A stretch of 64,000 nt of DNA from Yuukianura sp. NJ FZ-2021 (lineage: Eukaryota), in NCBI GenBank assembly GCA_046563655.1, contig CM102288.1, positions 1,984,001-2,048,000 of the forward strand. The letters run 5' to 3'. Of the stretch, positions 1 to 11,678 are shown one piece after another. Made by a program: the position numbers and the translations under genes. Within the stretch, counting starts at the first letter, position 1. Every line of letters starts with the position of its first letter. The notes beneath the pieces were generated by a model that worked only from the letters and a program-made list of their open reading frames with translations, ran no database searches and was not told the DNA's origin.

Positions 1-3000
1 ATTTCCTTGTAAATCCAGTTTTCTCAAAAACGGAATTTCAATTGTCGGTAAATTAGATACATTCGTGTAGGCCATATTCAAAGTCCGAGTTGTTTTGGGT
101 TCATTGAGCAGCGTCATTTGGGCTGCAGGAGACAACGGATTGTAAGAAATGTCGAGATGCTTGACATTTACCAGCACATTTGAATTTGGCGGAACAGTTG
201 AAATGGAATTATTGGCTAAAGACAGTTTTTCTAAAAAGAAAATTTGTGGTTGAAGTGCAACTGTTGGAAATTCATGCAAAACGTTATTGCTCAAGTCAAT
301 TTCAATCAATCGCAGTACAGTTGTGCGTGCAAAAAGTTGCGGCGGAAGAGATGACAAGTAGTTACTGGCCAACTTGAGCTCAAGTCGAAACAACCCGCGA
401 AATAAATTTTCATCCAGTTCTTCTATCTTGTTTTCCGATAAATCCAGGATTTGCAGTTGAGATGAATTTGAAAACGGTTCGATCGGAAGAGTTTCAATTG
501 CATTAGAATTTAGTTTGAGAGAGCGCAGACGCGGGAAATTTGAAAACGAAACTTCATGAATATGGCGTAACATGTTACGTGCAAGTGAAAGTGAAGTTAG
601 GGTATCCGGTGGAAGTGACTCCATAGGGAAGAAGGTTAACTGATTTCCAGAAATGTCCAGTGAAGATACTGCGGAGATATTTCCAAATGCTTGTGGGAAT
701 ACATACGTTATTTTGTTATTTGCGAGTGACAGGAATTTCAGGGCCGGAAAAGATCCCAAAAGGCCGCGGAACGAACTGAGTCCGTTTCCCGCCAGCATCA
801 GCGATTTCAAATTTTCAGCGTTTTGTAAAAACAGCGATTCTTGGAGATTGGTCAATTGGTTTTTGCTTAAATCCAGCATGCGCAGTGATGGAAGTCCACT
901 TAAAGGCTGAATTGCGCCGATTTCGTTTGAAGACAGATTCAACCATGTCAGAGCTTCCAAATCTTGGATTTGGCTGAAATCTGAAATTTTGTTGCCAGAG
1001 AGGTCAAGGTGGGTCAAATGCTTGAGTTGCTGAAAAGCATTGAGTTCTAACTTTGATACTTCGTTGTTCTGGATATGAAGACGAGTCAGTTGCGGTAAAA
1101 GTAGAAAATTATGGGACAAGATACTGCCAATATGATTGTGTGATACATCCAGAGTATGCAAAAGTGGAAGATGTAGACGCGGAATGGACGTGAGATTGTT
1201 TCGACTTGTGTTGAGGTCAAGCAGTGACCCTGGCCAGTGCAGTTCTTCGAGCGACTCAAGTTGATTTCCATGCAAATTCAGATTTTGTAGTTGCACTAAA
1301 TGTTTAAGCGATTCTGGAGGAATGTGTCGAATGAGGTTATTGGCTATGCTGAGTCCAGTTAGATTTGTAGTAGGAATTCCTTGAATTGCTGTGATTCGGT
1401 TGAAATCAAGATGGAGTCGCTTGAGGCCTAAAATAGAATGGAGTGAGTCCATTGGAAACAGAAGGAGGTTGGTATCGGACAAATCCAACGTTCGGAGATT
1501 CACGAGTCCATGAAACAATTTTTTCGGTATCTGAAAGTACAAAACGAACAACAATTTTAGTTGAAAAATTAGTTGAAAAGGGTTTTAGCAAAATTTCAAA
1601 GAATTTTGACGGTTTGACGTACAATGCGCAGTTGATTGACAGAGAGGTCAAGCGTTTCTAAGTTTCTGAGATGCATGAAAGCATTTTCAGGAATTGACGT
1701 CAAACGGTTCCTGCTGAGGTACAAACTAGTGAGACTGCGCAGAGGTGCAAAATCGTCTGCACTGACATTGTAAATCAAGTTGGCTGACAATTGAAGTCTT
1801 TTCAATCGAGGGAATTGACCTAACGAATTTCTTGGAATTTCACGTAAAAAATTGTTGTCTAGTGCCAGTTCTTCTAGAGAGGTCAATCCTAGATATTGAA
1901 AAATTTAGTATGAACTTTAAAAATTTTAGAATTTTTTTTTTTCAAAATGCACCCAAATTGAAATTTTGAATTTGATTTACCTGTAAAAGCGTCTGAATTG
2001 ATTCGTTGAAGATGATTCCAAGAGAGTAGAAGAATTTTGAGATTCTCCAGTTCCCTAAACGCTCCGGAGGCCAAAGCGCTGATTTTGTTTCCAGTCAAAT
2101 TCAAGTGCACGAGACTCCGTTGGGCCGAAAAGTCACCTCGCCCAATCTCCTCTGTTTCAAAATTTTGAAATACTTAGTTTTTCCAACTTTTCAAAAAGTT
2201 CTAAAAAATTCCAGCATTACGTATTAAATTCTCGCCGAGATTCAGCGTTCGCAAGGATTTCGGTCCGTTCAAAGCCTCTGATGGAACCAAATTCAATTCA
2301 TTTCCATCTAAATGGATTTCCTACAAAAATTAAAAAAAAAAATCTTGGTTTAAAAAAATTGTTTAAAAAAAAGTTTTAAAAAATAGTTAAGAATTTTTGT
2401 TTACCTGCAGAGACAGAGTTCCCTGGAGCAGGCCATTGTCAATTTTACGGATTCCGTTTTGCGACAAGCGCAGAACCCTGAGACGCGGAAGTCGATTGAT
2501 TTCTTGTGACGAAAAAATCGGATTCAGTTGATCTCCAAGCAGATTTTGCGAGAGGTCAAGCAAGGTCAAGGTTTCTCCAAGACCTTGCAGTGCTTTGTCA
2601 CTTAACCTTCTTAAATTGTTATTCGAAAGATCCAAATGTTCCAGTGGTACTCCAGAAGCAACGAATGCCTAAGACGCCATACAAATAAAGTTGTACACTC
2701 ATATGCCTAAAAGCGTCAGCACTTAACAGGTAGCACGGTGAAAACGATCTGATCAAAAAACGAAGAGGTCAAAAATAAGTGAACCAATTTGATCAAAAAC
2801 TGAAAAGGTCAAACTGTGAAAATGTCATTTACAAATAGTAAGGGGTTAATTTTGTCAGTCTAAATTTTTTAATTTTCTAAATTTTGGCTTTTTCACTTTT
2901 TGACCAAATTGTTTTCGACCATATTGCATCGCACCTCCTAAACCAAACTTATCGTATAACCTGTTGTGGAATATGTTGAGCCTTGATTCCTCGCCATGAA

Positions 3001-3242
3001 AATTCGGTAATCGGTTGTTTTGGTGGTATGGTGGGGAAGTCTTGCTGAAATACGACACCGTCACAGTTCACTTTCAGCGTCTCCTTGAACGTCATTGCGC
3101 AGAAGCAGTGCGGTAAAGCTCCTCCGACATTCGGAAACTCCGTACAGTACGTCCAGTCCTCGTCGTCAAACGTCTGTGACCGTCCAGGAGTAACGAAAAG
3201 AATGAGTAGGAACAGAGTGAGTGTCACCGTGACCTTGGCCAT
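1..3242 (-). CDS. Secreted/cell-surface leucine-rich repeat protein, chaoptin/artichoke-like; multi-exon, 3' end runs off the window
   Basis: Signal peptide (MAKVTVTLTLFLLILFVTPGRSQ), Cys-rich LRR N-cap (PHCFC...VNC), then many LxxLxLxxNxL repeats over several exons. A long open exon from ~1530 to position 1 (IPKKLFHGLVNLRTLDLSDTN...FLRKLDLQGN) is absent from the ORF track because it has no stop in the window. Confidence 0.9.
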
Positions 3243-5493
3243 TGTTGACCACTTCTCTGTCAGAAGTTGAAGACTGAAGATGAGACTTAAACTAACGTTC
3301 TTGTCCGTGTCAACTGAGGAGGAAGTCCATTCGAATGTGTGGATTGTTCAAGTGACTGAGTCTGGGTCAGGAAGATAAAAGTCCCGTATCCGCCCCAGGG
3401 AACTAAATTCCTTGGTACATCTTGGCCGAAAATGTTCACAAAAACCAGAGTCCATCATAGTAAGTAAAGGGAGAAGATCATTTTTCATTGTTAAGAATGG
3501 GATGAGGAGGCCCAGTTAAGTTACTCCCTGCTTATTCTTGCCAACATTATGCTGGCAGTATTCCTTATCACAGCATCACTTGAGTAAAGTGGTGTAGTAG
3601 TTCCCTTGGGTGCTGTTGGGTGAGTAGCCGAATACGTCGACTCGAAGAACTTAACTTCAAAAGAAGAAACTTTCACTTTTCTGGGTTAATCGGTGTCCAA
3701 TATCTAGAAACAAACAAAACGAGACTGTTAAATGGTTAGCTTTTTAACATGCTAAATTGAAAGGCATCACGCATCACAATTGCATGTTTATCTGAAATTT
3801 GATCTATTTGGTGTCATCTTATGGAGGAAGAAAGCGAATCTTTTTTCAAAGATCACGAAAAAAGTTAAGCAGTTAAATTTTAACCAAGAAAAATTGAATT
3901 TGTCATTCACTCCACTGATGATCAAAATCCAGGTCAAACTTTATTGTCAAACTTTTGCAGGTCGCAGGGATTTGCCAAATTTTGCATATTTTTCAAAAAT
4001 CAAATGTGAGACTTTTATAGAAAGAAGTTTTTTTTGTTTTAGTTTTTGGAAAAAGTTGGTCTTCTCTCACATTTCATCTTTATCTCGATTTTAAAAACTA
4101 TGGTCTAACCGCAAAGTGGAGATGACTGATCGATCACCGCGATGACCTCTAAAGTGAAGTGACGAAGATGATGGAATCCCCATGCATTGAATTGGACAGA
4201 TGAATGAGACTAAACCTGTTTTAATCTTCCGTGATCCCTGGGATGTGCGAATGACATTTGCACCATGTTAAAAGATGCAAAGATAAAAAAATAGGAGCAG
4301 GATCATTTTGGCATTGACTTTTTTTCTGAATCCAGAAGTGACTTGGTCCATTTCATTGTTCCAAAGTGAGTAATTGAAGGCCGATGTGATTAATCATAAA
4401 ACTAGGAAATGTAGTTTAAGGTAAAGATGCAAGAAGGACGCTACCGAGGTCAAATGAATGGAAGAAGGAGATTTTGATGAAGGATTCCTCACCCCGACTT
4501 TTTTGTTTTTCCATTTCATTCTCCCATTTAAAAAGTGTCGAGAAGCTTCCCTTTAAATCTCTGGTTGGACTAAAACTTACTCCAGTCTCCTACTTTACTC
4601 TTGCGTAATCTCGGTCCATGTTGCCACTTTTCACATGACCTCTCATGACCTCTTGACGTTTTAATAAACTTACGTCAGAGTTAGTGCATTAAAACTTAAT
4701 AAGTTATTGTAGAAGTATAATTTTTATTATTTATTTACGCTGTTATTTTAAAAAGATTTTTTTAATTCAAACAAAACTAAATCATAATTATTTTCATAAA
4801 AATAGAGATTAAATTTACATAAAAAAAAATAAATTAGTAAAAAAAAGTTTGAGATAATACTAAAAAAACAAATTGAGGTAAAAGTGATCAAGTCCTTCAA
4901 TTGGCACAAGGTCAAGTAAGATTTTGGCTCTCATTTGCTGCATTGTGACTGTAATAAACCTGCAATTTGTGTACTACCACAATGCTTGTCGAGCGTGCAA
5001 ATCAGGTCAAAGGTCAAAATTCACGGTTGAAATTATTTGAAGCAACAACTTTTGTGTTGAAGTGGTTCAGGAATGATTTATTGGCGTGTGGCCTTAAGGT
5101 CAATTAAACTGCCTAGAGATCCAATTGTTACGTGACTTTTGGCAACAGAGGAGCTGAGCGAGGGGTTAGAGTGGGTAGATGCTACATGGGTTACACAATA
5201 ATAAGAGATTGATACCCTTGTTCCGCTACTCCCTCCCTCCCACACACACAGACACAAAACACAAACAGACAGCACACACAGCTGGAATACCGTTTTCAAA
5301 TTAGGCTAACTCCAATTAGTAATTGGGACAACTCATCCTTCCACTATTAACTAGCAGCCAGATGCTGGGAATCGTGTCACAGTAATCTCATCTGGACCAA
5401 AACCGGTGCTCTCATCTCTTGTTCATCTATAAGTCTGAAATCTCCTCTTCTTGAGACTTCACTGGACACGGAAATACGACATCTTCAAGAGGA

Positions 5494-7115
5494 ATGCAAA
5501 AATCAGGAGCAGGACTGTTGGAAATTGGCGTGGAAGGGAGAGCAAGGTTGCTTGCTGATGATTCCATTGAAGGTCATTTTGATATCGAAAAGTTGGCGTT
5601 CGCCAGGTCAGTTAATCATAAGTTCTCGTATAAGCGATAACCATTTCCAATTCCACGTAATTCATTTGATGAGGATTTAAAGATTAAACGGGATTCATGT
5701 GTTGGTTTCAGGGGAAAGTTCGCAGCAGTTCGTCGTGCCTTTCGTAAAGATGATTCGTCCACATTTGCAGCCAAGTTTGTCCGGAAGAGACGTAGAGTCA
5801 GCGCCGAAGAGGTAAAAAAATCCTATAAAGATTGATGAATCTCTGATTTACTACGTAGTTGAATTGTTGATTTAGATTTGGCATGAAGTCTGTGTCCTCT
5901 GGAAGTCTCGTGACTGCCCGTTCATTGTTCATCTTTATCAAGTATTTGAAACTCCACTGGACACAGTCCTGATCCTAGAAATGTAAGTTTTTTTTTCTAA
6001 TTCGGGTAATAATTTAGTGTGTTATTCTTTAGGATTAATTAACTGTGCTTTTAATTCAGGGCGGAGGACGGTGATTTACAAACACTCCTTGACAAACAGG
6101 TTAATCCTTGGATTATAATTTTTAGTAAGAGGATGGATTTATGATTGATTATTGATGTTTAATCTTTTGCACTTTAGGAGTTTTTGGAAGAGAGTCTCTG
6201 CGCTGACGTCCTCAGGGACACTCTCAAAGGTCTCCACTTTCTCCATAGCCATTCAGTCGCTCACTTAGATATAAAAGTAACCATTGTTTTCATTATAGTC
6301 AAGTTAAATATAACTCAAATAGTTAGCAATTTCACATTGAGTTTTTCATAAATTGGATTTCTCTTTTTAGCCCGCGAATCTCCTTGTTGTAAGAGGCCCA
6401 CCACCCAAGGGCCGAGTTAAAATCTGCGATTTCGGACTGAGTCGACATATCACTACCAAAACTGAGGTAAGAAAATGATTTTTTATTGCTTCGCTTCATC
6501 GCTTCCCGGTAAAGGTCATGTTATCATTTTGCTCACAGATTCGTGAATTATTTGGGACGATTGATTATCTCTCTCCGGAAGGTAAGATTAGCACTATTCT
6601 AAATCTTGGGACTACTGAATGTTGCTTTAACTGTTTATATTTTGAATTGTAAGTTCTCAATTACGAGCCTCTGAGCCTGGCCGTTGACTGTTGGGCAATT
6701 GGAGTGCTGACTTACGTCCTTCTGTCCGGTGTCGTTCCATTTGGAGGTGACAGTAAACAAGAAATCTACCTCAACATTTCCACAGGAAGTCTCTCATTTC
6801 CACGAGCACATTTCCACAATGTCTCTTCCCTTGCCATTGACTTTATTCGACGTCTCCTCAGAATTCAACCAGCGTAAGACATTTTTCCATTCTAGACGCT
6901 CATTTTGTTTCTAGAATTCTAAACAAGGCTTGCTTTCTGTTTTTAGAGATCGTCTCACTGCTGAAGAAGCACTTGAGCACGTATTTATAACTGGAGAAGG
7001 GAAGGAGATCAGTACTGAACCCAATAATAATAGAGACCGCCGCAGTAGTAGCAAAAGTTCTTGTGCTGATGACTTGGACTTACCACAACCAACAGCCTTG
7101 CTAATTCAAGACTAA
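5494..7115 (+). CDS. Drak: DRAK/STK17 (DAPK-family) Ser/Thr kinase, many short exons
   Basis: Spliced translation gives [75 protein letters not shown] and RLTAEEALEH. The FARGKFAAV loop and KFxRKRRR are typical of DRAK. Confidence 0.85.
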
Positions 7116-8143
7116 AATCAACCTAAATATCCAAAGTGCAACATTTGTTCCGTTCCAAGCAATAAGTGGCCACTGGAGAAAGTTCAACGTTCCAAAGTGT
7201 CAACTTTCTCCTAGAAGTTTTAAACAAAAAGTGCTCAATTTTCTACTTTGAAATTCTTCTACAAATTCTTTGGCAGGATTTTCAAAAAGTAGCGAAATTG
7301 AGCCAATTTTTAAAAACATGTTCAACTTTTCCAACATTTTACACTTTTTGTGAAAACAGTAGACAAAAAATTAAGCAAATGGCCACTTTTCTTGTCGAGG
7401 TACTTCCATTGACCTTTGACCTCTGAAACGTTAATTTAAAAAGTTGAGTCCAACAAGTTTTCATTCGATGAGCGTGTAAATAACATAAGCAAAAAAATTG
7501 AAACATTTTTATATTAATTTTAATTTAATTGTAAAAAGGCGAAACTTTTTTTAAACTCTGAACGTAAAGATTTCCAGGATAACAAAAAGTCAACTCAAGC
7601 CTTGTAGACAGAGATTGAGAAATTAGAAATTTTTTAAATAAATCGGATAATTACCACTGAAATTAAAATTTTCATTAACTTCTCTTCATTAGACTCTCCC
7701 TTCTAAAGCTAAAATTGTCTAAACCTATGCGTTTTTGTCACTTGACTAATTGAATTATCGGTACTTACGTGCAACTGCACGACAAGCTGATAACGTCAAT
7801 TTGAAAGTCATGGATTGTCCTGTCGACGTCGGCTCTGTCGCGATTTTTATCAGTAACACCGATAAATTCAAATCGTATTGAACTTTTACATTAATCTTAT
7901 GGCCTCTTAACAACTAACTAGTTAATGTCAAGTTTAACTTTTATATTTTATATTTTTGTGACGCTAAACTGAAAAACTCTTCAGTAGATTTTGGGCACCC
8001 GACAAAAACAGATAAACTTGGGCTACTCAAAGTTTTTTTTAGAAGTTGCGCAGTATAATTTTAATTTTGCTATACAGAATCAGTTAGTTTCTTTGTGATT
8101 TGCAACGGTGACTGCAGATTCAGCAACCTCCAGAAGTACAGTC

Positions 8144-11100
8144 ATGCCGCTTGACAATTGGTCCCGAATTCTAAGCATTCCGGCTGGAGTGTACCACGAA
8201 CCCATGAAATGGATTACATATCAAATCAGCGGGTAACGAAACCAACATTTAGCGTTTTATTTCGAACTTTTCAAAAGAATTCTTGAAAATTCATTGACCT
8301 TGATCCTAACCTAATTTGACTTTTCAATGTTTGGTTTTCAGTTTGGATCCTACAGTATTCGGAGAGCATCAGTTGGAGTATGCGCAAGGACTTGTGGCTG
8401 AATTGCGAAAACTTCTGGAAGAACTTTACAAACAGGAGGGACTTGACGACTGGAGTCGCTTGGCCTTGAAAGATGAAATTCACGCTATTCGGGTAAATCA
8501 AATATTTTTTCGAACTTTCAATTACAGACTTTTTCTGAAAATTGAAAATTTCTGAAAACAATTTCGGAAAAAATTCAGGACAACTAGCCCTCCCCCCATA
8601 CTTGTATGTCAGGTTGAAATTTCTAACTAAAGTTGACTATGATGTAACTTAGCCTAGTTTGCCTAAATTTAACATTAACTTTTAAATTTTTATTGTGTAA
8701 TTGTGGGTTTAACCAGTTTCGGCTAATCAAAAAATTCCATCTTTATGTAACCACTAGCATTTCAGATTACGATTTTTTCCAAAATTATCATTGGTGCGCT
8801 TATTTTGGCCATAATTTATATACTTTTTGTGCAGTCGCAGATGGATGTGCGAAGTGCAATTGGGATGATAATTGTGTGGAATTTTATCATAAATTCAAAT
8901 CTAATCCTAAATTATCCATAAATTTCACAGATGATATCCTAACCTAACCTTTTGTCATTATGTCCTTAGACTGGAGACAGCAAATACTGGTGGTCAGTAC
9001 TCCGTGTTATCAAGGACCTACACTCCAGTTCTCCACAGATCCTCACACCCGGAAACCAAAGTCCAGTGGGCACAACTCCAGTCCTTTCACCTTACGGTGA
9101 CCGCGACGACTCTTCAAATTCAAATTTTGGTGACATGAATCCTGGATACCAATTCAGTACTCTACAACCTCCACCAGAATGTGGATTCTACCAGACTTAT
9201 AATGAAGGATTCATGTCATCGGCCACGTCAGAATTCGGAATACAGTATTGCCCTGTTACAGGATACCCGGCACCTCCGTACTCCTACGCTCCAGCGCAAC
9301 AAAATTACCAACCGGAAAACAGTTACTACTCACCGCATTCCAATTACTCATCATCGGTCACTTCGCCAGCACAACCATGCAGTCCTGCAGAAGTTTACTA
9401 TCAGCAGTTGTCTCCAGAGTCAATGGACGAAGAACGATTCCTGGACCTAGAGTATGCCATACCGACAGCCTCCATGTTGAATTCCATTCGGCGCGAAATT
9501 GAGTCTGTTCAGAAAGATATCCAAATGTGGAACCTTGAAGCGGAAAACAAAGAACGAAATCTGGATGGACTGAGGCACTTGGACACTAATTTTCTAAACA
9601 GTGTTGAAACCAAGGCCAGCCGAGTAGTAACTCAATTGCTGCAAATCCAGTCTGCTGAGGTGACTTTATAGTTAACAACTAATTATAAAAATTTTAATTG
9701 TTGGGGCGAAGTTGCTAAAGTTTTGTTTGACCTTGATCTTAGGCAATAAAGCTGCTGGAGGAATTTGTGGGTCAACTGCTGGTTGTGATTAGACAGCCAG
9801 ATCGGGTCATCCAGTACAAAGAAAGATTTGCAACGACAGTGAGGCTGCTACTGGGCAAAGATGTCGTGGCGACATCAGCCAAGTCGAACATTGTGTCGCT
9901 CAAGGTCATCAATGAGGAGATGAAAGAGCCACTTGAAAAGGGACTCGGAGGCATTCCGGAAGTAAAGCTGGAACGAGCTGGAAACGGACTTTCGGCTGAA
10001 CTACTGTGAGTTTTGTCCAACATTTCAAAATTTTGAAAAAATTTCAGGATTTTGAAAAAAATTCAAGATTTCATATTTCATATTTTCGTTTTTTAGACCA
10101 ACGATTCCGAAAAATCCAAAGAGATTGAACAAGGCCAACAATCCAGAAATCCTGAGAGTTCACGACGAAAGTTTCTTTTTGCAGTACACAGCAAAAATCA
10201 AGCTGCAAAATTACGGCAAAGTTCTTACTGTAAGTGTCAAAAATTTCAAAATTTCAAATTTTGACCTTGACCTTTGACCTCCATTTTTCCAGGCTTCTAC
10301 ATATTCACATCCGGTCAAAATCACAGTCAATTCTAAACAAGATGCCAATGCTTGGGAAACTATTATCTGGGACAATGCTGCCAATCGGTTCGGAATCGTT
10401 CCGTGTCGGTCGAGACCCCAGTCGCTACCGTTTTGCGAAATCGTGAATGCCGTCAATGCTTACTTTCGTGACACCCAACACGGGCTGGAGTTACGTGACT
10501 ACGAAGTGGTCTTCGGTCTGTTGAATCCCCGCTATAGTCCAAGGTTTGCCAGTGACAATGGCCAGGAACACATAACTTTGTCACAGTTTCGAGTTGAGCA
10601 GGAAGTTGCTGGGTTGAATTTGGATCTCAAAGATATCAAGAAGATCTCCTACTGGGGCTGGTTCTTCTACTTGAAAAAATTTGTCACAAGTTATGTCCGT
10701 GACCTCTTCAGAGAGTAAGGAACAAGATGCCACGTGATCTACCTTAACGCTAATCTGACGACACCAATCTAAAGTAACATTTTGTTTTAGTGGCGCCATT
10801 ATGGGGTACTTGACGCAAGAAGAATCCAGGAAACAGTTAGCACAACAACCCGACGGTACTTTTTTGATCCGATTTTCAAATTCGTCTCCTAATGCTGTCA
10901 CTATCGAATGGTGTGACCCTGGATCAGCTGTTAAAAAACGTAATGACTAAAACTAGTTTCCGAAAATGAAAAAATTTTCATCACTTTCGTTATAAACTGT
11001 TAACTTTTTTGTCATTCCAGCTGGAATCTACGGCTACAGAGGCAGTGCCACTGACCTAGTTCTGCGCAGTCTCAAAGACAGAATCATGGACAGTTCACGC

Positions 11101-11274
11101 TGGACAATCCACCATCCGTCCAAACTTCCCAAGGAAACAATGCTACAAAAATCTCCGTGTGGATTTGGAACTGGAGAACGTAGGGATAATGCAGAAGGCG
11201 GAAAAGCAGAAGAGCTGCCGCGATTGGTCGGTTATGTTCGGGCATTCCTTCAAGCTAAACTGGATTTCAATTAA
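8144..11274 (+). CDS. Divergent STAT-family transcription factor, 8 exons, ~716 aa
   Basis: Exons 8144-8232, 8342-8492, 8970-9659, 9743-10005, 10097-10229, 10293-10714, 10791-10939 and 11021-11274 join in frame. DBD start LVVIRQPDRVIQYKERFATTVRLLLG, linker AWETIIWDNA, SH2 GAIMGYL...QPDGTFLIRFSNS, DLVLRSLKDRI, and C-terminal GYVR phospho-Tyr motif. Confidence 0.9.
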
Positions 11275-11678
11275 ACGTCTTTTTATTCTGTGATTTTCGT
11301 TTTTCAGTTTTTTCGAAATCGTATTTTTTTAGATTGAAATTTAGAGCAGAATTTAGAAAAATGCAAAATAAATCTTTTCGATTTCTTTTTTACGTCTACG
11401 CTTTGAATTACGTCCAAAAATTGTTAGAAAACATTAAAAACTAAACTGAAATTAAAAATTGAAGAACAAAACTAATCGTAAGTAGAATTGTGTTTTTAGC
11501 ATTTGAATATGTTTTATAGATTTATGATTTATGATTTATACACTAAAAAACATAATTAATTTGGAATAATTTGTTAAATTTTATTTTGCAATGTTAATAC
11601 AACCTTGTGATTCCAACAAATGGAAAAACATTTAACATCAACTATTAATTTCTTTGTCCAATGTTATTTGGCTTTTTT

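Noticed and set aside
180..1661. Short ORFs listed over the LRR gene
   Set aside because: Antisense or out-of-frame shadows of the long LRR exon.
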